From: a virus
Lineage: Duplodnaviria > Caudoviricetes
Reading direction: 5' to 3' (one strand)
Length of the DNA: 24,619 nt
Virus record (IMG/VR): IMGVR_UViG_3300037458_000123
Location: 1-24,619 of that record
Part shown: positions 16,942 through 24,619 of the stretch, in pieces
How the letters are laid out: each line of letters begins with the position of its first letter
How positions within the stretch are numbered: the first letter of the stretch is position 1
Program-made: the position numbers and the translations under genes
The notes under the pieces: generated by a model
Seen by the model: the letters and a program-made list of their open reading frames with translations, nothing else
The model's database searches: none
What the model was told of the DNA's origin: nothing

Positions 16942-18629
16942 TGCTAAAAAATGCCGGATATATGGGCAATCCCAAATTGCGTCGTGCCTATGTTCAGGTG
17001 GCAATGACTCAGCATGAGTTAGATGAATACAAAAAGTGTATGGATGAACCCATCTATTTCATTAAAAACTACATGAAAATCGTTGTTCTCGGTAAAGGCA
17101 TTCAACCATTCAATCTTTATCCTTTTCAAGAGGACATGATTCACACATTCAATAACAATCGGTTTGTCATTTGCAAAATCCCTCGTCAGTCAGGAAAGAC
17201 AATTACCACAGTTGCATTCATGCTTTGGACAATTCTGTTTAATAAGAATTACAATATGGCAATTCTTGCACACAAAGGAAGTGCTGCAAACGGAATTCTT
17301 CAACGTATGAAACTGGCATATGAAAATCTACCCCCATGGTTACAACAAGGTATTGTTGAATGGAACAAGGGCAACGTTGAACTTGAAAACGGATCAAAGA
17401 TTGGTGCATATGCCACATCAGCAGACGGTCTTCGTTCTGGATCATATGATATGATTCTACTTGATGAGTTTGCGTTCGTTCAGGAAAACATTGCCGAAGA
17501 GTTCTTTACCTCAACCTACCCTGTTATTTCTGCTGGTACTGATACAAAAATCATCATTGTTTCTACTCCAAAAGGCATGAATCACTTCTTTACAATGTGG
17601 ACAAAGGCCGAGAAGAAAAAATCTGACTATGTTCCCATCGAAGTTCATTGGAGTGCTGTTCCTGGAAGAGATGAAAAATGGAAAGAAATGACCATTCGAA
17701 ACACATCTGCGGAACAGTTTCAGCAGGAGTTCGAAACAGAGTTTCTGGGTTCTTCAAGCACCCTAATCTCTGGACCAAAACTAAAGCAGATGATCGAACT
17801 TCAACAGGATCCAATCAATCGCGATGGAAATCTACACATCTTTCGAGAACCAGAAAAAGATCATACCTACTGTCTCTGTGTTGACGTTTCCGAAGGTCTT
17901 GGTCTTGACTGTTCAACATTCTCAATCATTGATGTGACCACAATTCCTTATAAAGTGGTTGCAAAATATCGAGACAACAAAATTCCACCAATTTCTCTAC
18001 CAGCATACATCGTTCAATCCGCAATTCGATACAATGATGCGTTTATTTTGGTAGAAATCAACTCCATCGGATTGCAGGTTGCAGACATTATTCATCACGA
18101 GTTTGCATATGAGAATCTGATCAAGATCGAAACCAAGGGTAAGCACGGACAGCAACACACTCCAGGATTCAAGAAAAAGATCGCATTTGGTCTAAAACAG
18201 TCAAAGCAGACAAAGGCCATCGGATGCGCAAATCTTAAAGCCCTTATTGAATCGGATAAACTGCTTGTTCCTGATGCTGATACCATCAACGAATTTACAA
18301 CTTTCGTAGTTGATAAGCAAACCTATAAAGCAGAAGAAGGAAGAAAAGACGATTTGGTTATGACTCTTGTATCCTTTGGATGGTTGACCTCACAGAGATA
18401 TTTCAAAGAAAACATCAATAGCAACATTCGAAAAATCATTCAGGAAGAGCAAACTCATATCATGGATCGTGATCTTGTGCCCTTTGGACTGATTGACAAC
18501 GGAATTGACGATCCTCTAGAGTCAGAAAGAGACAAGAACGGAGACCTTTGGATTGCCGATCGAAAAAGTAAGTACATTTTTGACAATGATATAGACTGGG
18601 ATTATCTGACAAATCGTCATAAATTATGA
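16941..18629 (+). CDS. gp17: Terminase large subunit gp17
   Basis: Walker A PRQSGKT, Walker B ILLDEFAF, coupling motif IVSTPKG, nuclease VDVSEG and DDLVM motifs. No intein or intron evident. Confidence 0.96.
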   Translation: MLKNAGYMGNPKLRRAYVQVAMTQHELDEYKKCMDEPIYFIKNYMKIVVLGKGIQPFNLYPFQEDMIHTFNNNRFVICKIPRQSGKTITTVAFMLWTILFNKNYNMAILAHKGSAANGILQRMKLAYENLPPWLQQGIVEWNKGNVELENGSKIGAYATSADGLRSGSYDMILLDEFAFVQENIAEEFFTSTYPVISAGTDTKIIIVSTPKGMNHFFTMWTKAEKKKSDYVPIEVHWSAVPGRDEKWKEMTIRNTSAEQFQQEFETEFLGSSSTLISGPKLKQMIELQQDPINRDGNLHIFREPEKDHTYCLCVDVSEGLGLDCSTFSIIDVTTIPYKVVAKYRDNKIPPISLPAYIVQSAIRYNDAFILVEINSIGLQVADIIHHEFAYENLIKIETKGKHGQQHTPGFKKKIAFGLKQSKQTKAIGCANLKALIESDKLLVPDADTINEFTTFVVDKQTYKAEEGRKDDLVMTLVSFGWLTSQRYFKENINSNIRKIIQEEQTHIMDRDLVPFGLIDNGIDDPLESERDKNGDLWIADRKSKYIFDNDIDWDYLTNRHKL

Positions 18630-18773
18630 TTTAGTATTTTACTAAGTAAAAAAAGAACAGAAGAAGAAAAGAACAAAATAAGAGAGTCTCACAAAGGACA
18701 AATACCATGGAATAAAGGTGTGAGAGGATACAAAATTAACAGAAAGAGTGAAAATACCCAAAACAATAAATAA
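18630..18773 (+). pseudogene. Start-less remnant of a NUMOD3-type homing endonuclease DNA-binding segment
   Basis: Translates as FSILLSKKRTEEEKNKIRESHKGQIPWNKGVRGYKINRKSENTQNNK*, matching the NUMOD3-like pattern (K..S/TEE.K.KI.ES.KG..PWNKG). Confidence 0.7.
18765..18772 (+). promoter_or_regulatory. Late promoter box (AATAAATA) for gp18
   Basis: 41 nt before the gp18 ATG, with an AAGGAG SD downstream. Confidence 0.65.
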
Positions 18774-18813
18774 AATAAGAACACAACAACCTTTTCTACA
18801 AGGAGACTAACAA

Positions 18814-20814
18814 ATGGCATTTATGCTCTCACCAGGTGTCAATTTTTCGGAAATTGATTTAACTACAATTGTACCAGCAGTCGGCACCACGGAAGGTGCA
18901 TTTGCCGGAGATTTTGTTTGGGGTCCAATCAATACAGTTGTTTCACTTTCAAACGAAGTCGAACTTGTAAACATTTTTGGTAAACCCACAAACGAAACAT
19001 TCCGTTCATTCTTTTCTGCTGCTAACTTCCTTTCATATGCACGTAGATTGAGAGTTGTTCGCGCGGCAAATACTGCAATTGCGAACAACGCAACTGACGG
19101 AACATATCCTATTCTAATTCAGAATCGCGATGACTATGAAGTAAACTATCTTGATCTCTCAGCACCATATGCTGCTGGACATTGGGCAGCAAGATATGCT
19201 GGTGCTCTTGGAAACAGTCTAAAGGTTTCTGAGTTTGCTGGTTCAGCAAACTCAACCGCATGGTCTTCATGGGAATATAGAGAAGAATTTAACGGAGTTC
19301 CTGGAACATCCGCATATGCTGCAAAGGTTGGTGGTTCTAAAGACGAAATGCACGTCATCGTTGTTGACGAAGACGGTAAGTTTAGTGGAACTGCTGGAAC
19401 AATTCTTGAAAAGTTTCCATATGTCTCTAAGGCATCTGACGCAACAAATGACGACGGAAGCAGCAACTACTATGTCAACGTGATCAATGACCGTTCTCGT
19501 TACATCTACATTCTTAACCATCCGGCAGATGCAAACATCACACTGGCAAACATTGCTAACGTTCAAATCATCAATCCAGGTAACAACTATTCAAACGGAA
19601 CAGTATCGTTTACCTCAAACACCGGTTCTGGTGTTGGTGCTACTGCAAGAATTAACGTCAATGCTACAAATGCTATCGTGACATTCTTGGTTACAGCAAA
19701 CGGTTCTGGATTCTTGCCATCTGACTCAATCACAGTTGATCTGTCTACAAGAATTGCAAACAATGATCCAAACATGCTTCTAAGCATGGCATCTGCAAAT
19801 CTTAAGGTCAACACTTGGTCTTATACATATCAACCAACTCAAGCAAACTGGGGACAACCAGCATCAGGCAGAACATTCGAAGAATGGAAAGCACACTACA
19901 CTGGTTCTCTTACAGGTGGAGCAGATGGAACTCCATCAGCAGCAAATCTTGTTAATGCATATGACAAGTTCTCAAATGCAGAAGAAGTTGATGTATCACT
20001 AGTTGTTACTGGTGCAGCACCACAAACTGTTGCTGAACACGTACTTGATAACATCACTTCTACACGTAGAGACTGTGTAGGATTCATTTCTCCAGAATTT
20101 GATGACGTTGTAAACAACGCAGGAAATGAAGTTATAGACACAGTTGCTTACAGAAACAACTTCAATTCAACATCTTATGGTGTGATGGATTGTAACTGGA
20201 AGTATCAGTTCGACAAGTATAACAATGTAAATCGTTGGGTTCCTCTCAACGGAGACATTGCTGGTCTCTGTGTTCGCACAGACTATGAACGCGATCCTTG
20301 GTTCTCACCTGCAGGATTCAATCGTGGTCACATCAAGAATGTCATCAAACTTGCTTGGAACCCAACTCAGGCAGACAGAGACGATCTTTACAAGAATGGA
20401 ATCAACCCAGTTGTTTCATTCCCAGGAGAAGGAGCAATTCTGTATGGTGATAAGACCATGCTTACCAAACCTTCTGCATTTGATCGTATCAACGTTCGTC
20501 GTCTATTCATTGTTCTAGAAAAGGCAATCACCAGAGCAGCACGTTACTCATTGTTTGAATTCAACGATGAATTTACTCGCGCACAGTTCGTTGCTCTTGT
20601 AGAACCATTTCTTCGTGATGTACAAGGACGCAGAGGTATCTATGACTTCCGTGTTGTTTGCGACACCACAAACAATACTCCTGAAGTAATTGATCGTAAC
20701 GAGTTTGTTGGAGATATCTACATCAAACCAGCACGAGCAATTAACTTTATCCAGTTGAACTTCGTGGCCGTAAGAACTGGTGTTGCCTTCGAGGAAATCG
20801 TAGGAAAGTTCTAA
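18814..20814 (+). CDS. gp18: Tail sheath protein gp18
   Basis: LSPGVNFSEID, FVWGP, AANFLSY, PWFSPAGFNRG, LYKNGINPV, FDRINVRRLF, FEFNDEFTR and IKPARAINFI motifs. Confidence 0.96.
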   Translation: MAFMLSPGVNFSEIDLTTIVPAVGTTEGAFAGDFVWGPINTVVSLSNEVELVNIFGKPTNETFRSFFSAANFLSYARRLRVVRAANTAIANNATDGTYPILIQNRDDYEVNYLDLSAPYAAGHWAARYAGALGNSLKVSEFAGSANSTAWSSWEYREEFNGVPGTSAYAAKVGGSKDEMHVIVVDEDGKFSGTAGTILEKFPYVSKASDATNDDGSSNYYVNVINDRSRYIYILNHPADANITLANIANVQIINPGNNYSNGTVSFTSNTGSGVGATARINVNATNAIVTFLVTANGSGFLPSDSITVDLSTRIANNDPNMLLSMASANLKVNTWSYTYQPTQANWGQPASGRTFEEWKAHYTGSLTGGADGTPSAANLVNAYDKFSNAEEVDVSLVVTGAAPQTVAEHVLDNITSTRRDCVGFISPEFDDVVNNAGNEVIDTVAYRNNFNSTSYGVMDCNWKYQFDKYNNVNRWVPLNGDIAGLCVRTDYERDPWFSPAGFNRGHIKNVIKLAWNPTQADRDDLYKNGINPVVSFPGEGAILYGDKTMLTKPSAFDRINVRRLFIVLEKAITRAARYSLFEFNDEFTRAQFVALVEPFLRDVQGRRGIYDFRVVCDTTNNTPEVIDRNEFVGDIYIKPARAINFIQLNFVAVRTGVAFEEIVGKF

Positions 20815-20820
20815 AAACAA

Positions 20821-20828
20821 CATAAATA
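20821..20828 (+). promoter_or_regulatory. Late promoter box (CATAAATA) for gp19
   Basis: Intergenic, 25 nt before the ATG, followed by an AGGAG SD. Confidence 0.65.
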
Positions 20829-20853
20829 GAAACACAACAGGAGTATAACACAA

Positions 20854-21438
20854 ATGGCATTTAGGGTACAAGAATTTAGAGCAGCAATGAATTTCGATGG
20901 TGCTCGTCCCAATCTGTTCCAACTAGAGATGACTTTCCCAACTCTAGTTGGGGCTGCCCAGTCACAATTTACATTTATGGCCAGAGCATCAGAACTACCA
21001 GGAGACTTTAATGCTTCTGTACCAGTTTACTACTTTGGTCGTGAATTGAAATTTGCTGGAAACAGAACCTTCCCAGACTGGACATTTACTATCATCAATG
21101 ACGAAGATATGCAAATTCGTCGTGCGTTTGAAGTTTGGATGAGCAATATCAACTCACACGTTGCTAACCTTCGTAACCCATCATTCATCAAGGGTGATGG
21201 TGGTTATCAGACAGATGGATACGTAACTCAGTTTGGTAAAGCAGGGGATGTCATCAAGAGATATAAGATTGTCGGATGCTTTCCAACAGAAGTATCTCCA
21301 ATTGCTCTTGATTGGGGACAAAATGATTCTATCGAAGAATATTCAGTGACACTTGCTTATCAGTGGTGGGAATCTGATACAACAGATTCCGTTGGTTCGA
21401 CTGGCGACTTCTCGCCTATCCTTCCTCCTATTTTCTAA
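20854..21438 (+). CDS. gp19: Tail tube protein gp19
   Basis: GARPNLF, FGRELKFAGNRTFPDW, IINDED, FPTEVSPIALDW and EEYSVTLAYQWW motifs. Confidence 0.95.
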   Translation: MAFRVQEFRAAMNFDGARPNLFQLEMTFPTLVGAAQSQFTFMARASELPGDFNASVPVYYFGRELKFAGNRTFPDWTFTIINDEDMQIRRAFEVWMSNINSHVANLRNPSFIKGDGGYQTDGYVTQFGKAGDVIKRYKIVGCFPTEVSPIALDWGQNDSIEEYSVTLAYQWWESDTTDSVGSTGDFSPILPPIF

Positions 21439-21445
21439 TATAGTC

Positions 21446-21482
21446 TATGATGTGGAGAGATCACAAGTCTCTCCACCTCATA
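21446..21482 (+). promoter_or_regulatory. Intergenic stem-loop between gp19 and gp20
   Basis: GTGGAGAGA (21452-21460) pairs perfectly with TCTCTCCAC (21468-21476) around a 7-nt loop, extended by TATGA/TCATA after one mismatch. No U-tract follows. Confidence 0.7.
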
Positions 21483-21500
21483 AAAATGGAGTTATAATGA

Positions 21501-23180
21501 ATGGCAATTCTCTTTGGGTTCCAGTTAGGTAAAAAACCCACACCAGAAGAAAACCTAAAAGAAAAAACGTTTGCTCTTCCCGCAAATGAAGACGGCGCGG
21601 TTACAATTCAATCTGGTGCTTATTATGGTACATATGTTGATCTTGATGGTGTTGTTCGCAATGAAATTGAACTTATTACCCGTTATCGGGAAATGTCTCA
21701 GCAACCAGAACTCGAAACTGCCATTGATGAAATCGTCAATGAAGCAATTGTCATGGAAGACAGTGGAGCATCTGTTGAAATCAACATAGATGACCTCAAG
21801 CAATCTGTTGGTGTAAAGAAAAAGATCGAAGAAGAATTCCTCTACATTCTCAAACTTCTCAATTTTGGAAACATGGGACACGAAATATTCCGTCGTTGGT
21901 ATATCGACGGAAGATTGTACTATCATATCGTCATTGACGAAACTAATCCAGCACTGGGCATTCAAGAAGTTCGATACATTGATCCACGACGCATTCGCAA
22001 GATTCGTGAAATTCAAAAAACAAAAGATCCAGTGACGGGCATTGAAATTATCAAAAATCAAAATGAATACTATCTCTATAACGATAAAGGAATGATGGGT
22101 GCACATAGCAATCTTGGTTCAAGAATTGCTGTGGATTCAGTCGTCAACGTCAACTCTGGATTGATGGATGCCAAGAGAGCAATGGTTCTCTCTTATCTTC
22201 ACAAGGCGATCAAACCACTCAATCAAGTGCGGATGATGGAAGATGCCACAGTTATCTATCGTCTTTCTCGTGCACCAGAACGTCGCATTTTCTATGTTGA
22301 CGTTGGAAACATGCCCACAATCAAAGCAGAACAGTATCTTCGGGATATCATGGTCAAGTATCGTAACAAACTTGTCTATGATTCCTCAACTGGTGAAATC
22401 AAGGATGATCGCAAGCATCTCAGCATGTTGGAAGACTTTTGGTTGCCAAGACGTGAAGGTTCAAAAGGAACAGAAATCTCAACTCTTCCTGGTGGACAGA
22501 ATCTTGGACAGATGGAAGATGTAAAGTATTTCGAACAGAAACTCTATAAAGCATTGGGTGTTCCCATGTCTCGTCTGGAACAGAATCAGGGATTCTCTTT
22601 GGGACGCACAACAGAAATCACAAGAGACGAGTTGAAGTTTACCAAGTTTGTTCAACGTCTTCGTTCAAAGTTTTCATCTCTGTTTGATGACCTTCTTCGC
22701 GTTCAATTGTCTCTCAAGAAAATCTGTACTGTTGAAGAATGGAATGACTTCAAAGAAGAAATCTGGTATGACTATAAGAAGGATAACAACTTCAACGAAC
22801 TCAAGGAAGCAGAACTCCTTACCAATCGTCTGACATTGTTACAGGCAGCAGACCCATTTGTTGGTAAGTATTACTCAAAGGAATACATTCAGAAGAACGT
22901 TCTGCAATTCACAGAAGAAGAAATCGAAGAAATTGAAAAGCAGATTCAGAAGGAAATCTCTTCTGGAGCAATTGTTGATCCAAATGCACCACCTCCAATG
23001 GGACCAGTCGGACCTGATGGACAACCACTTCCTCTTGATGCAAATGGACAACCACTGCCTCCTGCAAATCAACCACCTGCGCTTCCTCCACCAGAAGATG
23101 GTAGTACAAAAGAACAAGAAAATCCTTTGGTCAAGAAAACAAAGGGTAGATTTGTAAACGACACATTGGAGGCGGCATAG
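21501..23180 (+). CDS. gp20: Portal vertex protein gp20, with Pro-rich C-terminal tail
   Basis: FRRWYIDGR, SYLHKAIKP, YRLSRAPERRIFYVDVGN, EDFWLPRREG, TLPGGQNLG and EITRDELKF motifs. Confidence 0.96.
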   Translation: MAILFGFQLGKKPTPEENLKEKTFALPANEDGAVTIQSGAYYGTYVDLDGVVRNEIELITRYREMSQQPELETAIDEIVNEAIVMEDSGASVEINIDDLKQSVGVKKKIEEEFLYILKLLNFGNMGHEIFRRWYIDGRLYYHIVIDETNPALGIQEVRYIDPRRIRKIREIQKTKDPVTGIEIIKNQNEYYLYNDKGMMGAHSNLGSRIAVDSVVNVNSGLMDAKRAMVLSYLHKAIKPLNQVRMMEDATVIYRLSRAPERRIFYVDVGNMPTIKAEQYLRDIMVKYRNKLVYDSSTGEIKDDRKHLSMLEDFWLPRREGSKGTEISTLPGGQNLGQMEDVKYFEQKLYKALGVPMSRLEQNQGFSLGRTTEITRDELKFTKFVQRLRSKFSSLFDDLLRVQLSLKKICTVEEWNDFKEEIWYDYKKDNNFNELKEAELLTNRLTLLQAADPFVGKYYSKEYIQKNVLQFTEEEIEEIEKQIQKEISSGAIVDPNAPPPMGPVGPDGQPLPLDANGQPLPPANQPPALPPPEDGSTKEQENPLVKKTKGRFVNDTLEAA

Positions 23181-24187
23181 TGTTGAAGTTTAGAGATCAT
23201 TTGACAGAATCTCTCGCATCGGAAGTAAAAAGAGAACCTAATTCTGATGCTGCTACTCAAGCCAAAAAACTTGGTTTGAAGTACATGGGATTTGGAAGAT
23301 ACTCTGGTAAAGATGGTAAAGTCTCTTACATCGTACATGACAACAAACTAGTTCCATTTAAAGGAGCAGATGTACTACAGAAGGATTTTGCAAAGGCCAA
23401 AGCAGAGAAAGAAAAACCAAAGGCCCCTGCTGCAAAGACCAAATCATCAAAAGGAAAACCAGCAAAGAAGACTCCTCCTAAACCTGATCCAATGAAAGAA
23501 GTGGATCAGGCAGCTGTTATATTACAACAAAGACAAGCAAGTGATCAGGATGTTCTAAAAAAGAAAGAACAAGAACAAGAAAAGACACATCGTCAACTGT
23601 CTGCATACTCAAAGACACAAGTGTTTTCCGATGAAGAAATGAATGCCATTGATCAATACATGCTTGCCGGATCAATTGATGTAAATCGTTATCTCTATAA
23701 AGGATACGATGAAGGAACAGACAATCAAACTGCGGACTACATTCAGACTGTGATTAACGGATTAGATTCTGCTATGTCACAATCTCAAATACCATTTGAC
23801 TATTCATCTTATACAGGGCTGTCGGCGCGATACAAACCAGAAGACTTCAAGTTGGGACAAACATATGTCTTTCGTGGATATGTTTCCACTTCTCTATCAC
23901 ACAAGACTGCCATTGAAGGATTTGCTGCAACGCAACCTACAGCAAAAGGAAAACCTAAAAAGGCAGCAACTGGAGGAGCAAAAGTCATTCTTCAGGTCGA
24001 TCACAAAAAGGGACAAAAAGGAATTTATGTTTCACACGATGATAGTGTAAATCAAGGCGACGAAAAAGAAACAATCCTACCACGTGGAACAAAACTCAAA
24101 GTTGTTTCTGGTCCACATACCATCGATGGAGAAGTTCTTGGTGGAAGCGATTCTGTTATACTATTTCAATGCAAGGTAATTGAGTAA
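23180..24187 (+). CDS. ADP-ribosyltransferase-like protein (R-S-E / VIP2 / Alt-like fold) with putative capsid-targeting N-terminus
   Basis: C-terminal AIDQY...VNRYL...LDSAM...YTG...GYVSTSL...GIYV...EKETILPRGTKLKV pattern. N-terminal MLKFRDHLTE. GTG start overlaps the portal TAG. Confidence 0.8.
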   Translation: MLKFRDHLTESLASEVKREPNSDAATQAKKLGLKYMGFGRYSGKDGKVSYIVHDNKLVPFKGADVLQKDFAKAKAEKEKPKAPAAKTKSSKGKPAKKTPPKPDPMKEVDQAAVILQQRQASDQDVLKKKEQEQEKTHRQLSAYSKTQVFSDEEMNAIDQYMLAGSIDVNRYLYKGYDEGTDNQTADYIQTVINGLDSAMSQSQIPFDYSSYTGLSARYKPEDFKLGQTYVFRGYVSTSLSHKTAIEGFAATQPTAKGKPKKAATGGAKVILQVDHKKGQKGIYVSHDDSVNQGDEKETILPRGTKLKVVSGPHTIDGEVLGGSDSVILFQCKVIE

Positions 24188-24193
24188 TAAATA
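24186..24193 (+). promoter_or_regulatory. Late promoter box (AATAAATA)
   Basis: Overlaps the ART stop, 27 nt before ATG 24221. Confidence 0.6.
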
Positions 24194-24220
24194 AACTAAG
24201 GGCATTATAGGAAAACTAAA

Positions 24221-24619
24221 ATGAACCAACTGAAAGAAGGCATTATTAAAAAAATTAAAGGTGCTTTGGGATTGCGTCGTCGTGAAGCAAGAAAAAGAGC
24301 AGGTGATGAAAATGAACTATTGGGTGTTTATGGAGGAATTAGACTCCATCAAGATAGTTTAAAAGCAAAAAATGATCCTGATTATCACGAAGCAACTAAT
24401 CAAGCAGCAACACAAGAATACAGAAAAGCAGCAAGATATAAGAGAAGATTTGATAAAGTGGCACAAGGAAAAAACCCATTTAAGGAAGAAACAATGAATC
24501 CAATCACAGCAGGAATCAAGAATATTCAAGAAGGAAACCTTGAGAGAATGCGTCAGAATTTCAATGATGCACTTTCTCGCAAGGCAGCAGAAGCACTTCA
24601 GGAAAAGAAACTGGAAGTG
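24221..24619 (+). CDS. Prohead core protein gp67-like, 3'-truncated, with ~91-aa N-terminal extension (absent from the ORF track)
   Basis: Open from ATG 24221 to the window end (133 codons). The segment from in-frame ATG 24494, MNPITAGIKNIQEGNLERMRQNFNDALSRKAAEALQEKKLEV, resembles gp67-type small core proteins, and the position after gp20 fits. Confidence 0.6.
   Translation, partial: MNQLKEGIIKKIKGALGLRRREARKRAGDENELLGVYGGIRLHQDSLKAKNDPDYHEATNQAATQEYRKAARYKRRFDKVAQGKNPFKEETMNPITAGIKNIQEGNLERMRQNFNDALSRKAAEALQEKKLEV

Noticed and set aside
21446-21487. Classical Rho-independent terminator
   Set aside because: The stem is strong but is followed by an A-run rather than a U-tract on the coding strand, so it is kept only as a stem-loop.
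16941-23180. Inteins in terminase or portal
   Set aside because: Protein lengths are ordinary and there is no C/S...HN-C/S/T insertion.
402-23338. Minus-strand and nested alternative-frame ORFs in the ORF track (e.g. 402-902, 6232-6735, 10701-11141, 21555-22106)
   Set aside because: They are shadows of the codon bias and repeats of recognised + strand genes, with no recognisable motifs.
1-24619. Stop-codon reassignment (alternative genetic code)
   Set aside because: All conserved genes are full length under the standard code, and TAG and TGA occur at plausible gene ends.

Overview
This window is the late structural-gene region of a T4-like (T4 superfamily) myophage, and every credible gene is on the + strand. 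The first ~13.1 kb is an accessory fibre/adhesin cluster. It contains a 5'-truncated tail-fibre-like gene, a giant 1816-aa Ala/Asn heptad-repeat fibre, six small hypothetical virion-type genes, a Peptidase_S74-chaperoned fibre and a likely tip adhesin. The conserved block follows: gp13, a free-standing GIY-YIG endonuclease, gp14, gp15, gp16, gp17, gp18, gp19 and gp20. After it come an ADP-ribosyltransferase-like protein with a putative capsid-targeting N-terminus and a 3'-truncated gp67-like prohead core gene. T4-type late promoter boxes (xATAAATA) recur before many genes. The most notable items are: (1) gp14 has no ATG/GTG/TTG at its conserved N-terminus and appears to start at ATC right after the homing endonuclease; (2) a probably head-packaged ART with its first catalytic Arg replaced sits between portal and prohead core; (3) the giant adhesin-like coiled-coil fibre and its modular partner genes; (4) a NUMOD3 endonuclease remnant lies in frame behind the terminase stop. 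All family calls come from motif recognition, not database searches.
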